In this document: positions 23,704 to 35,945 of the stretch, in pieces
Numbering within the stretch: position 1 is the stretch's first letter
Layout of the letters: each line of letters opens with the position of its first letter
DNA from: Basidiobolus ranarum
Lineage: Eukaryota
Assembly (NCBI GenBank): GCA_040143965.1
Contig: JASJQH010006937.1
Location: forward strand, 1-35,945
Length of the DNA: 35,945 bases
Direction: 5' to 3'
Translations under genes and position numbers: made by a program
Notes under the pieces: model-generated
What the model was told of the DNA's origin: nothing
Databases searched by the model: none
Seen by the model: the letters and a program-made list of their open reading frames with translations, nothing else

Positions 23704-25302
23704 TCAAAATGTATAGAAATATGCGCCACTAGAAGGACGAGATGCAAATATCACATCTGACATTTCGTCTTCGGTAATATTGGGGAACCTTTTTTGAAAA
23801 TATTCCTTTCTGACTGTCTTAATGAATGTCTCCACCTGATCTTCTGAGACCAACGAAACTGTACATCCACCCCACCCTGCTCCTGTTAAACGCGAGCCAT
23901 AGGCCCCAGCCTTACGACTGATGGCAGTCAACTCATCTAACTCCGGACAAGAGCAGTTGAAATTATCCCGACAAGATTCCTGGCTCTCATTCATTAATTG
24001 GCCTAATCTAGTAAAGGTATCCTTGCTATCTGATACCGACGATTTCCTTGATTCGCAGATGTCACGGAATCTGACCACACGCAAGGATTCGGTAAATACG
24101 TGCACAGCACGAGTGTACAATTGGAAAAGCTCGGCCCTTACTGGGAACTTGGACATGAATTTGGATTTAAATTCCGAATCCGAGAGGCCTACTGCGTGGC
24201 TCATCTCAGATTCCGTATATCCTTCGCGCTTAACGATATACTTTTCCACCAATTGGAGCATCTTCTCTAAGCGATAGCTCCATTGTTCAGTCTCGCTAGT
24301 AAATTTCGGTTCATCTTGTTTGGTGAAATAGATATCCATGACTTCTTTATAGGTTTTTGGATTACTATCGAGTAGGCCCAGTTCTTTAGCTAATAGCATG
24401 GCTCCAACACTGGTCTCAACCACTCTTAGATTGTAGCAAACAGGGGCAGAAACAACTTTATCCGCGGTAACCAGAGTATTCGAGACAACGAACGATATAG
24501 CCGGCTCAGTTGAGGGAAATTCGACGGGGATGGTTCGAAATTCTGGTTCGAATTCTATGAAGGTTGCTGAATCCGCACGGGACATCACAGAAGCGGTTTG
24601 ATCCATGCCACCACTGTTCACTCCAACATAGCGTTCGGACTCGATAGCGATTTGCACGATCTCTGATTTCTCCAAGTTTCTCTTGTTGGCCTTCATTGTA
24701 GCCATGGCTGCAGTGCAGACGAAAGCGGCTGAACTGGACATCCCGCCACCACTAGGTACTGAACCGTCCATTAAACAGTTCATACCAGCTGGGGACTCCT
24801 TAAGCTGAAGTTTCTCCAGCATACCTTTGTAACCAGATTTGAAATAATTCGTCCATTCGTGGATAGAGGCATCAATGTGTACAATGCATTCTGTGTCGTA
24901 ATCAAATTCACGAGCAGGGTATTTTTTTCCATCGACGTTAGCCACATGCACCTTGGTATCAGAAGATGTGGTAGATACAGCAATCAAACAATCACGGTCC
25001 ACTGCCATTGGGAACACTGGGAATCCGGCGTAATCGATATGTTCACCAATGATATTTACACGTCCGGGTGAACGAGCGATGAACTCGGGCTCTACTCCGT
25101 AAATGGATTTGAAACTCTCAACCAAGTTTTGATAACGCTTTCTGTAAAGAGATAGAAGTATATTAGAAAGGGGCTCGTGATAGTAGCATCTCATTAAGAG
25201 GATTGAATATGCAGCAGAGCTAACTTACTTCTGGGCGTCACATTTTGCTTCGGCATAGATGTCACTTAATGATTGGGTGACTGGTACAAAATCTTGTGGC
25301 AT
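23704..25302 (-). CDS. GAL1: Galactokinase, GHMP kinase family (2 exons, 503 aa)
   Basis: Exons 25302-25229 and 25141-23704. Motifs: PGRVNIIGEHIDY, PSGGGMSSSAA, GVNSGGMDQ, GSRLTGAGWGG. Confidence 0.93.
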
Positions 25303-27593
25303 AATTGATATTCAAACAGGAGAAGAACTAAATGAAGCGGCTGGAGATATGCAAGTGGCTGACTCGAATTTTTATACCCCCGACCAGCTGTGACGCAATC
25401 CACAATCCACACAAGCAATGATTTTGAGTGGGATCTTTATTCGTCGATGAGGTAGCGCCTCTTATGTGTGGCCAGTTGGGCAACTTTTGATTTGCTCGAA
25501 TCTGCGAAACTCTAGTGCTGTCTTGAAAAGGTTGCCATGTTTCTGACTTCCAAATTTGGATATGTATGTGTGGAGATTTGCATGCTATATAGCACAAGAA
25601 TATTTGTCTGCCAAAGTGGATATCAAGAAGATCTATGGGTCTCAATTACTGTGGTCTAGTTTATGATGGTTCTCAGGATTAATGAAATTCCGACTCACCG
25701 TACAATCCAATCATCTACTACCATTTAGAGTAGTATGGAGATGAGGGCTTGTATGATGGAGCAATGAAGCCACACACATTACATAACCTTCGATAAGTGC
25801 TGAGCATTGACGTGTTGAAACATCAACCACCTGCGTTTACTATCAACAACCATAAAGATTTGGCTGCTAGCAGTCTCCAAAGTGCGGTTTCAGCTACTGC
25901 CAGGTCGCCACTCGTTTTACCAGGTAGCAATATGATTGGGCTTGTATGCTCACCAAAATTAATAGTTACTTTTTATATTTGTAGGTCTCAAGTAGACCTC
26001 GGCGCTGATTTTCGATCTTCTTGGAATGTGGCAGTATAGAGCCTGGGTTCCCTCTGGATCCAACCTTGGTACTAGGAGATGACCCTATATTTTGATTAAC
26101 TTTGGTTTTTATGGCGAGAAAATGAATCAATAGTCCATTACCTTGATAATGGGCATTTCTTGTGTTTAAACTATCAGATAACCATTCAATTTGAGGGCAT
26201 GACTCATATATGGATACATATGAATCTGAATCTTCTGTCCAATATACCGAATCATAGCACTAACGTTGGCGAATTTTTTTCTCATTTTTGCTTTCACTTC
26301 CATATGCCACTGTCATAACCACTTCTCTATGTGCCCTTTTTATTGGGATTATTGAATGGTGTAATATTATCAAGAAGGCAATAAATGTCATTAATATCAT
26401 GTAATTGCAAGAAAGGTGCGTCATCTCCACTTACTCCAAACGTGACATTCATTAAGGTAAACACGATTCCACGACTTATACCACCATAACAACCAGTAAA
26501 GTACAGTTAGAGGTTATAAAATATACTAGAACGTCTTCTCTTTTCACTTGAGTAAAAGTATTAACTGGTCTATTGGACTCTTCATAAATTCAAGTTCAAC
26601 CACTTGTCATCATCGGGTGGTGGAAATTTACGAAAACAATACATACATAAATATTGGAGGAATTGTTAGGACCGGTGTACCTTCATAACACCTGGCAACG
26701 TATTACCAAACATGAAACCTAAGGTGATTGTCTATTGATGGTGGAGAAATGGAAACAGTAGTGTATGTACAAAGTAACACGGCAAAAAGAAATGAAGACA
26801 CAAGGAATTCCTGTATTTTGAAAGCTTATCTCGGGCGAAGATTAAAATCACCATAGATTTTTTGGAGTAAAGATTCAGTATGACTTGTATATTAGTTGTG
26901 AAATCTAATATAGAATTTTCCTTGAAAGTACTATTATTAACTCAGACTACTGTCCGAAACAGGCCTATGTTGGAAGTAAAAATCAAAGTTCACTCGAGAA
27001 ATGAAAACCATGATCATCTATCTTCATACAAACTCGCATCAATAATTAGCAGTGCAGTACAGAAATAGCACGTACTCTTCCCAGGTGTAAAATTAAACTC
27101 AAACATTGTCTCGACCGACCTTTAGAAAGACCATGAAATGCACTTGAATAATTTCAGCAAATTTAGTTCCAAAATCGGACTACTTGTCACAAAATAGGTA
27201 TTTTCTAGAGTAAAGACCCAGAAGCCATAGCTGGCCGGTCTATTCTTAACTTGGGTATATTTAGCCTTGATTGTGAATAGCAGTTCAACTGCTTCTGTGC
27301 AGGTGATTTTCTTTCAATATCTATTAATCATCCAAATCAAGTTGCGACTTCAAGCGAAGTATCATTGCTTTGTGAGTATACACATGTTGCACAATCGAAT
27401 CACCGCTCCATCTACCTTTCATTTGTCGGCTCAAGTGATAACGCGTCATCTGACGATTAGATTACCAAGACGTGATCGATGGTCTTGGTGATCAGGTTCT
27501 CTTAACTACTATAAAATCCGTGATTTTGTTTATATTTCATTGCCAAATATGGAAGAAATGAGAGTCTGGTGAGATCATCGGCAGTGAGGGCAC

Positions 27594-27623
27594 ACGCGTT
27601 CGCGTTCAAATACATATATATAA
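27594..27623 (+). promoter_or_regulatory. H4 core promoter: MCB-like ACGCGT and TCGCGT followed by a TATA element
   Basis: ACGCGT at 27594-27599, TCGCGT at 27600-27605 and TATATATAA at 27615-27623. A further ACGCGT lies at 27441-27446. Confidence 0.45.
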
Positions 27624-27650
27624 TGAAGTGACCGCACTGTGAAATCTTAA

Positions 27651-27989
<339 letters not shown>

Positions 27990-28248
27990 AATACTCTTTG
28001 ATGCTTCGTGTAAATATGTTATGTTGGTTAGATCTGTATTGATTGGTTGAAATAAATAGTTGCATTCAGCAAGATCCGATTCTTAATCTACGAATGCGTA
28101 TTACCGTTGTAAGTCGATAGATCCAAGATTAACGCCAAACGAGTGTGTTGATCGGAGAAAATGAAACTTGTTAGGTTGAGGGTTGTAAGTTTACTTCAGT
28201 CAGGAGAATTACTTCACTGTTTCATCGGATTATCTGAATTCATATAGC

Positions 28249-29490
28249 ATGGTCATGGTGCGAAAGCAGACTTGGCCCTCTTTCCCACTTTCTCCAATCC
28301 CCAGACAAGTCGCCTCAGACATCCTCCAAACTGAACATATGAATTTGAAGTTCGGCGCGACGCATTGGAGAAGTCTTTTCCATCAAGGTTTACTTTTCTG
28401 GATTTTACTCAATCTGCCAAAGATATTTGGTCAGACAGTGGAGCATAGTGACAATGAGTTAAATCTCTATACTACAAATTATCCCGGGAGTATTTTGATA
28501 TTCATTAGTGGGATTTCCAGCTCCATGCTAAATGTCTTTGGAAGCTCGTATGTTATCTATATATCCTGGGCGGATTATAAATCTTCTGCCACATTCACCA
28601 ACCCACTCTTGAGATTTCCTTATCATAGCGCTTGTATAAGTCTTGGCTTTGGAGTTTTGAGTTCAATCAATTTAGGATATGCAAGTATTTATGGTAAACC
28701 GTTGGAAGGGACACCGTGCAATGTCTTAGCACTTCTCATTTACTCCCTTTTGCTGTTGGATATTCTGTTGGTGGGTGCAATCGCTTTCTCTACCTACTTA
28801 AAGATTTGTAGAAACCATAGAGTAGATTTTGGCAAGTTCGATTGGAAGTTACTGGTCGTTTGCTTCTGCTTAGTCACTTTAATCACCGCTGTTAGTAGTT
28901 TGTTGGACGGCTTTGGTGGAGATACATATTGGTAAAGGGAATGCTAACCATGTCTATTTTCAACCGAATTCAGCTAATATTCCCTTTAAAGGTGTTTTAT
29001 TAATGACAAACAAAACTCGGGTGAACGGCTGAGCATCACCTATTTTTTGCTGATAATTTATATCTCACTTCTACTGATTACCAGCAGTTATCTGATGGTG
29101 ATGAATCGGCTGAATGTCATAACCGAAAGAATGCTTCAACTGATTGAAAAATCCAAAGAATGTTCTCGTGCCATTAGTATACAAAGTCGTGTAGACTCGG
29201 AAAGTGAGACTTCTAGTGCTAACTCTTCTGATAACTTGAGTGAGTTTACTGAGAAGCTTGAAATACCCGGGACACTCGATCGGGCTACTCAACGAATATT
29301 TACCCATGTACTATTGCATCTATTACACTATATTCCGATGATGGTGTACTTGATTGGGAAACTATGTTCGTACTATACGAGTTGGGTCTACACCGTTTCC
29401 ATTGTTTTGATCAATACTGGTGGTATTTGGAGAGCCTTGTATTATGGTAAAGGGGTTGCCTCTAAGAAAGCCTTGGGAAATCTTCGCTAA
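28249..29490 (+). CDS. Seven-transmembrane GPCR-like protein (2 exons); the start codon could be a later ATG such as 28339
   Basis: Exons 28249-28931 and 28992-29490 join as GGDTYW-CFIN. It has about seven hydrophobic segments, a Cys before TM3 (PCNVLA), the WC motif in extracellular loop 2, and a Ser/Glu-rich third intracellular loop. Confidence 0.75.
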
Positions 29491-29846
29491 CCCAAAATGA
29501 AGGAGAAATCACTTGGCAAGTTGAGGTTTGGAGATTCTTGCTACTATTATTAATTTGAATGTAAATAATATAACGATGCCAAAAAAACATCATTTTAAAT
29601 ATTTAACCAACTTTACCAATGTTCAGGTGAATATACTCGAGAGTGCCAATAAATATCATTTATGTGATTTATTCATGTTGATTGCAAATGTAGAATTAGT
29701 TTAAACTTAGAATGGTGACTCAAATATATCATAGGGATATAGTGTAACTGGAGACATCTTGAACAAATAAATAGATAAGCTCACAGGGCTCTTTGATACG
29801 CTTGATATCAAAGGTTTAGAAGATAGGTTGGTTATTAAAATGTTGG

Positions 29847-30631
29847 TCAAAAAGTAGGAGAGGTTGGTTGGAATGGTCTCCATCCTAACACTTCTTGGGG
29901 GTTTGTAAGAACTGGTGTTGCACCACCCTAAATAGTGAACCCAGTTTGTTATCGAAGTGGGCGATTATGTTGTGTGAATAAAATGAATGGGCATACCGTA
30001 AACTCTAGAGATAAATTCAGATGTATCTCACCAGTTGAAGATCCATTTGAAGCACGTATTTGAAACCAGTCAGATAGTGGGCTCTGTTGCATAACTCTAT
30101 AGAGGTCGACTTTCGCAACCCCTTTGTACCAAAAGGTATTTGAGTTTTTAAACATATAAGAAATAATGGAGAATTATCAAGTATGTGTGTACTACGCTTA
30201 CCTATCAGGTCATCTGGTTTGAAGGAATCTTCATCATAGCATTCGATGTATAGATATTGTGCTTCATCTGTCACTTCACTGAACGACCATGTCAGAGTGA
30301 GTTATTTCTACAGAGAACAGGATACATAATAACTTACAAATCAAAAGATTCGTCCCAATTGGGAGATGAGCTGTTGGCTTGCGTGCGTGAGCGCTTTGTG
30401 TCTTTACGATCCACACTGAACACGATGTACGGGTCACTGGAACCTATAGAATGATGAGTATAAAGTTGGCCCTCTATGGCACAAAAAACTAGTTCCTTCA
30501 TACCTCCCACAATATCCATATCTTTGATAGCACGACCAGAGCCTGTATCAAATAAAAAGTTAACCACATGGTAAAAAATGAAGAAAAAAGGCTTCTTTAC
30601 CGAGGGTAATTGTCAGTTTTCCAGTGCGCAT
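29847..30631 (-). CDS. Small stand-alone C2-domain protein (6 exons, 152 aa)
   Basis: Exons 30631-30601, 30542-30504, 30443-30338, 30278-30202, 30121-29997 and 29927-29847 splice in frame: MRTGKLTITLGSGRAIKDMDIVGGSSDPYIVF..SPNWDESFDFEV..IECYDEDSFKPDDLIGVAKVDL..TGEIHLNLSLEF. Confidence 0.88.
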
Positions 30632-30876
30632 TGTTTTAAGAAGAAACTACTCTTTGGTAAAGTAGGGCGTGGAACTTAGATATCTAGCAATTCCACAAGA
30701 AAAGGGTGAAATGGCTGCAACTCCTGTCTGTGCAATCATCTGTAATGACCAATTAAGGAAATGAACCATAATTTAATACATATTATTTCTTTATTTAAAA
30801 AAGTCATTGAAACCACACACTTAGACATATATATACAAAAATTATTTAAACGAGTGTATAAAATATGTAAGCATGA

Positions 30877-31293
<417 letters not shown>

Positions 31294-31357
31294 TCAGAGA
31301 AAGGTGAAGTGGTGAGCGTAAGATGAAACTTGGCTGATTGTAGGGAATGACTCAAGA

Positions 31358-31408
31358 TTATATAGAAGTTTTCCGCGTCGTTGGCCATAATGACAGAGAT
31401 ACACGCGA
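31358..31408 (-). promoter_or_regulatory. H3 core promoter: CGCG-core elements followed by a TATA element
   Basis: On the minus strand: TCGCGT (31408-31403), ACGCGGAAAA (31378-31369) and TATATAA (31364-31358). Confidence 0.4.
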
Positions 31409-32091
31409 TTTTTGCAACACGCCAAACAGACCATTCCCATTGGTTAGCCTGGAGTTTCCAGAGCTCTTACTTAATTTGGAAGTGTGATTACTTAGATATC
31501 AATATTTTGATGGATTTAGTCATCAATCACTCAAAGTGCCATTGGATGATATTTGTATTGACAAAATACACTCTTGGATCAGCCATACCAACATCCATGA
31601 AGTAGATCGATCACGAGCTTGCAAGCGGATCTACAGCTTAATTTAAAGTCTTCCCAACGCTTGTTTATATTTGGCCTATTAAAGCACCAAAGTCATTGGC
31701 AGTGCTGGGGTTATCAGTGTGAATGGAGGGGTGAGTGGGTTGATCCGATTGATTTCCTGGATGCGGATTCTCCCCTCAGCCAACCCAATACAAGAGGCGA
31801 CGGCCTACAGATGAAATATTTAATCAATTTATTCGGTTTCTCCGTTCCTTAGTGTTATATCAGGCCATTCGGGCAGAAAGCCTGAGAAGTGAGAAGGATA
31901 TCGTGAAATCGGGTAGAGAGGGGTAGCTATTGTGAAGTAGAAAGAATCGCACGGAATGTGGAAGTGATGATTAGATAATACAAAAAACGACCCAACAGAT
32001 ATTATAAAGCAGAGGAAAATTTCGTGCCATGATATACGAAATTGGTTAAATCTAAATCCTTTTAACGATAAATGTGTCATGGAAATCCGAG

Positions 32092-32985
32092 TTAGACGTA
32101 TCTGGTGGCCGAAGCATTCAAATCCTGGAAATAAACATGCTGCAAGGCATCCTTGGCTGAGATCCTAAGGTGAGGCTGGTATTGCAGCATTCTGGCCAGG
32201 AGATCGATCCCAAAAGGATCCATATTTGGGAAGATGTGCGCAAGATTCTGCGGAGGGTAGTAGGGGAAATTATTGCGGAAAGCAGGATGTTGACTCACCC
32301 CTGGCCATGTATGCTCTGATGGGGTCCCGAGAAGTCGAAAGATTTTCAACAATTGATCATCGTTAGTGGTGCCTGGGAAGAGCGGGCGTCCAGTAAACAT
32401 CTCAGCCATAATGCAACCTGCAGACCAAATATCAATGGTCGTAGTGTAATTTCTTGAGCCCAGCAACACATCTGGTGCACGATACCATAAGGTAACAACT
32501 TCGTTAGAAAAGGTATTTACGGGTATACCGAAGGCGCGTGCTAGGCCAAAATCCGCTAGTTTCAGTTCTCCACGAGCATTGATAAGTAGATTTTGAGGTT
32601 TCAAATCTCTATGTAAAACTCGATTTTCATGACAAAAGGCAGTGCCTCGGAGAAGCTGGAACATGAAGGATTTGATTAGCATGGGATCTAATGCTCCGTT
32701 ATTACCATGTGTGTCCATGTATTTCTTAAGATCTTTATCCATGAATTCGAATACCAACATCAATTTGTTTTCTGTGTGGACGACATCGTTAAGACGAACA
32801 ATATTGGTGTGTTTTAATTCTTTCATTAGAGATATCTCTCTAATGGCAGTGCTTGGAGCACCCTCCTCAGTATCTAGATGGATTTCTTTCAAAGCCACCG
32901 TTTCACTAGTCATACGGTTCTTACCTTTGTAAACGTTGGCATATGTGCCTTCACCCAACTTTTCGAGGCGTTGGTATTTATCCAT
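32092..32985 (-). CDS. PHO85: Cyclin-dependent kinase Pho85 (CDK5 family), 297 aa, intronless
   Basis: Motifs [37 protein letters not shown] and [34 protein letters not shown]. Confidence 0.95.
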   Translation of the reverse strand: MDKYQRLEKLGEGTYANVYKGKNRMTSETVALKEIHLDTEEGAPSTAIREISLMKELKHTNIVRLNDVVHTENKLMLVFEFMDKDLKKYMDTHGNNGALDPMLIKSFMFQLLRGTAFCHENRVLHRDLKPQNLLINARGELKLADFGLARAFGIPVNTFSNEVVTLWYRAPDVLLGSRNYTTTIDIWSAGCIMAEMFTGRPLFPGTTNDDQLLKIFRLLGTPSEHTWPGVSQHPAFRNNFPYYPPQNLAHIFPNMDPFGIDLLARMLQYQPHLRISAKDALQHVYFQDLNASATRYV

Positions 32986-33594
32986 CGTGAAATCTATTGA
33001 TTATTGAGTACGGTGTTTAGTGTATAGTCAGGAAGCTAGAGATTGAAGGGAGCAAAGAGAATAAGCCAAATTGGCAGGAAACAGAAACCTACTCCACCAT
33101 ACACGTATCAAAATATTCGGAATCTACACTAAGCACGATCAATACGCAGTGATGAAGATATCCATATTAAATCATCACAGATGAGCAAATATAATATCGA
33201 GATTTCATGGAATTGTTTGCGTCACCCTTGGATATTTGCCCAAATACAAATATATACTTGGGCTATGCTTACTAATTGGTTGAGAAGCAGGTCGCAAAAT
33301 TTTACAAGTCGGTAAAATATGCTATATTGTATACAACACATCATAGGTGCTTCTAATACCAGCTCCTTTTTTAACTGCACCTCTTTTGAGGGAACTCATC
33401 TTGATTGGACCACCGGATATCACCTGGGACACAAGATATCGAGTTCGCACGAACTATGTTCTCAGGCAACGACATGCGCAGTGTGGAATCTTTGACGTTT
33501 ATTTGGGTTTGGGGTGGAAAGAAGTGCTCATGGCTTAATGAATGCTAAGGGGTGCTGTACATAAGATGATTGGGAGCCATTTGTCCATGCAGTC

Positions 33595-35945
33595 CTAGTC
33601 TGCCTCTTTTTCCGTGGACGGTGGAGGGAGAGGGATCTGTATGTCGCTGCCGTAGTTTTCTACTATGGCTTCGACAGAGAACTTCTCAATCGTTTCATCC
33701 CAGAACTCACTCAGTTGTTTCGTATCTTGACAAAATTTCTGGAATTGTAAGCGTAGCATGTCTGGGTTGGGCAGTTGATTGGATATGTTTTTGTTTTGGG
33801 ATCCACTATTGCTATGAGAGGTGAATAGTCTATTGTTGACCCATAGAAATCCTTCGCCGGGATCACAGATTTGGATAACTGCTACTCCAGAGCGGTGAAT
33901 GTATTGGGAGTACCGAACCGGAGTTTTATAGTAGGAATAGGTAGTTTCAACCCCCTTTGGGAAAAACTCATCTGCTTCCAGGTCTAGTACAAATCCATGG
34001 TGCTTGACAAGCTCAGACTCAAAATAGAGATGTGGAATATTGACGAGATTTCCGGCCTTCTCCTGCAATATGCTCAAGGAGGGTGAAGGAGTGGCAATTG
34101 ATATAGCAACTGGCGCCTGGAATGGGTTGTCGCTCGTATCCATTCTTGCTTGTTGAACTGGTACTTCAACCAGTTTTAGGCCACACTTATCGGCTGTTCG
34201 TGACCATGATTGTAGGAGATCTTCAATCATACGAGCAGTGCAGTCCAGCCAATTGAGTTGGAAATGATAGCATGTTTTTGGGTTATGTACCATATCATAG
34301 TGCAGAATGGCTCGCTCGGGACGATCGCTGCGCTTGGAGTTGTCAAGGTCGATGGTGATGCTTCGACTCAGTTCAATCCGGGCTGGTCTCTTCTCTGACA
34401 AGGTTGTTTGCTCATCAGACAACTTGGAGTTCGACTCGTTATTTTTGTTTCGGAATACACCCCAGCTTTTAGTCGTTCTAGCAGTAGCAAATTCTTGATC
34501 AAGTTGGTAAAAGTAGTGCCCGTCCAACAATCGATGCTTTTTATTGACATGGACGAACAACCCTTGATTCATGAGATTATTACCAAACTCTAACGCTTCC
34601 TCTCTGGTATCCAAATCAGAGAATTCTTTGATCAGCCAATCGACAAACTCATTCCCAATAAATACCCCTTCGAACAAACGAAAGTGCCATCTTCTATCTT
34701 GTAGCTTTACCCCGGTAATTGGGTTTTGCATAGAGGTGGCGATTGTTGATAGTTTTGCTTCCTTGGCAGTCATTTTTTCACTATTCGCTAGATAACCAGA
34801 GCCTTTTCTTGAACTAGTTGAAGTGGTGGAGATTTCAACGTTTTCTCCCCAGGAATATGAATGATTTGCAACGAAAGCAGACACGTTGTAGGTCGTAAAC
34901 TTAATGTCCAGCTTATTACTTGATTGTTTTTTGTTGTTGGCGTTTCGGGTTTCTCCTTTCTCTTGATTCGGATCCCAACGAACCTTCCAAAGTAATTCTT
35001 GGAATTTGAAGAATCCGGCCAAGCGAAGTTCTTCCTCGTCGAGGTTTTCATTTGAGGGGTTGGTCAGATGATTCGATGGAACAACTTCCATAGGAATCAA
35101 GGCAAACCTCGCTCGCCAAAATCGAAGTGAGTCGGTCATTTCGTCCTGATATCCTGAGATAAGATGATCAAGATAATTCCAATTGTATTGTGAGAGAACT
35201 GGATAGTGAAAAGAAACCTGTCGAGGTTGGTAGCTGTCCATATATTTTGGCCAAACAGCACACGAGTATGATATTGGCTTCATAGTGTATGCCAGTCGTC
35301 TGACATACCGTTTCACTTCGACGTTTTGCCCAGTGTTATCGTACCATAATTTGTGAACATGATGACCCATGCTAAGGTAGTAAGGGGTGGTGGCAGATAT
35401 TCTACTTGCACCCAACTTGCCACCTTCATAATCATTGTTGAAGCTTCGGCTCAAACCTAGCGTAATGTTATTACCTTCAGCTGGGGAGAATGAAAGGTGG
35501 TGGTGATGGTGGTCAGAGTGCTTTTGAGGGGTGTCCAAAGTGCTTGAAACGATTAATTGAAAGCCTTGGGCTAGTCGTTGTGATATCATATCGAGTAATA
35601 ACCGTTCGGTGATGCTTTGGTCGGAGATCGGTGTATCTTGATAAGAGAAGGTGCTTATTTCCTCGTTGGGTGAAACTGTATATGTGTATTCTTGATAAAA
35701 ATCGGCAAGTTCATCTGTGGTCGGGAAGTAATCGGTAGTAAGGGGAAGGCAAGCTGGTGTGCAAAGGGAAGTCCATTTGGTACAGTCAATGGGCACTGGC
35801 TTGGGGAATATGTGATACCATCTGCGTAGATGGCTGCTAATTTTGATGACATTCTTTGTAGGATTGCAGGGCTTAATCAAGCTTTGACGAATTACTTGTC
35901 GGGAGGTAAATCCTTTACCAGTTGATGATTGTTTAGTGGAGTATC
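33595..35945 (-). CDS. IML1: Iml1/DEPDC5 (GATOR1/SEACIT subunit), 3' part; the frame stays open to the window edge
   Basis: Motifs RRWYHIFP, WTSLCTPACLPLTTDYFP, QRLAQGFQL, YNWNYLDHLISG, a DEP domain (DRRWHFRLFEGVFIGNEFVDWL..LDGHYFY) and QYIHRSG. Confidence 0.95.
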   Translation of the reverse strand, partial: YSTKQSSTGKGFTSRQVIRQSLIKPCNPTKNVIKISSHLRRWYHIFPKPVPIDCTKWTSLCTPACLPLTTDYFPTTDELADFYQEYTYTVSPNEEISTFSYQDTPISDQSITERLLLDMISQRLAQGFQLIVSSTLDTPQKHSDHHHHHLSFSPAEGNNITLGLSRSFNNDYEGGKLGASRISATTPYYLSMGHHVHKLWYDNTGQNVEVKRYVRRLAYTMKPISYSCAVWPKYMDSYQPRQVSFHYPVLSQYNWNYLDHLISGYQDEMTDSLRFWRARFALIPMEVVPSNHLTNPSNENLDEEELRLAGFFKFQELLWKVRWDPNQEKGETRNANNKKQSSNKLDIKFTTYNVSAFVANHSYSWGENVEISTTSTSSRKGSGYLANSEKMTAKEAKLSTIATSMQNPITGVKLQDRRWHFRLFEGVFIGNEFVDWLIKEFSDLDTREEALEFGNNLMNQGLFVHVNKKHRLLDGHYFYQLDQEFATARTTKSWGVFRNKNNESNSKLSDEQTTLSEKRPARIELSRSITIDLDNSKRSDRPERAILHYDMVHNPKTCYHFQLNWLDCTARMIEDLLQSWSRTADKCGLKLVEVPVQQARMDTSDNPFQAPVAISIATPSPSLSILQEKAGNLVNIPHLYFESELVKHHGFVLDLEADEFFPKGVETTYSYYKTPVRYSQYIHRSGVAVIQICDPGEGFLWVNNRLFTSHSNSGSQNKNISNQLPNPDMLRLQFQKFCQDTKQLSEFWDETIEKFSVEAIVENYGSDIQIPLPPPSTEKEAD

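Noticed and set aside
23704..25302. Possible GAL cluster or metabolic gene cluster (HOM6, dioxygenase, GAL1, GNAT)
   Set aside because: There is no GAL7 or GAL10 nearby, and the enzymes belong to unrelated pathways with no backbone synthase.
25790..27250. Intron-like signals and short protein-like frames between GAL1 and H4
   Set aside because: The frames do not join consistently and no family is recognisable. It needs a translated search before any call.

Overview
AT-rich, gene-dense eukaryotic DNA with short (about 50-100 nt) GT-AG introns. The gene content and protein style point to an early-diverging fungus; Zoopagomycota/Mucoromycota (e.g. Basidiobolus-like) is an inference only. I spliced all gene models by hand. 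Intact housekeeping genes are: OBAP/DUF1264 (partial), two small C2-domain proteins, ERV29/SURF4, DNAJC7, SNX3, a GNAT acetyltransferase, PPS1, HOM6, a gamma-butyrobetaine dioxygenase-family enzyme, GAL1, histones H4 and H3, a 7TM GPCR-like protein, PHO85 and IML1 (partial). The unusual parts are a frameshifted, bacterial-style HCCA isomerase/GST-kappa gene with a possible acquired targeting exon, and a roughly 4.5 kb block of decayed sequence at 18.9-23.4 kb. That block holds an intron-retaining SLU7 pseudogene, an unidentified decayed gene, and an AA11-type LPMO gene cut off and fused to the remnant of a Ty1/copia element, whose putative LTR carries a 328-bp tandem duplication. I found no tRNA, rRNA or CRISPR array, and no clearly novel multi-gene system that the sequence alone can support.
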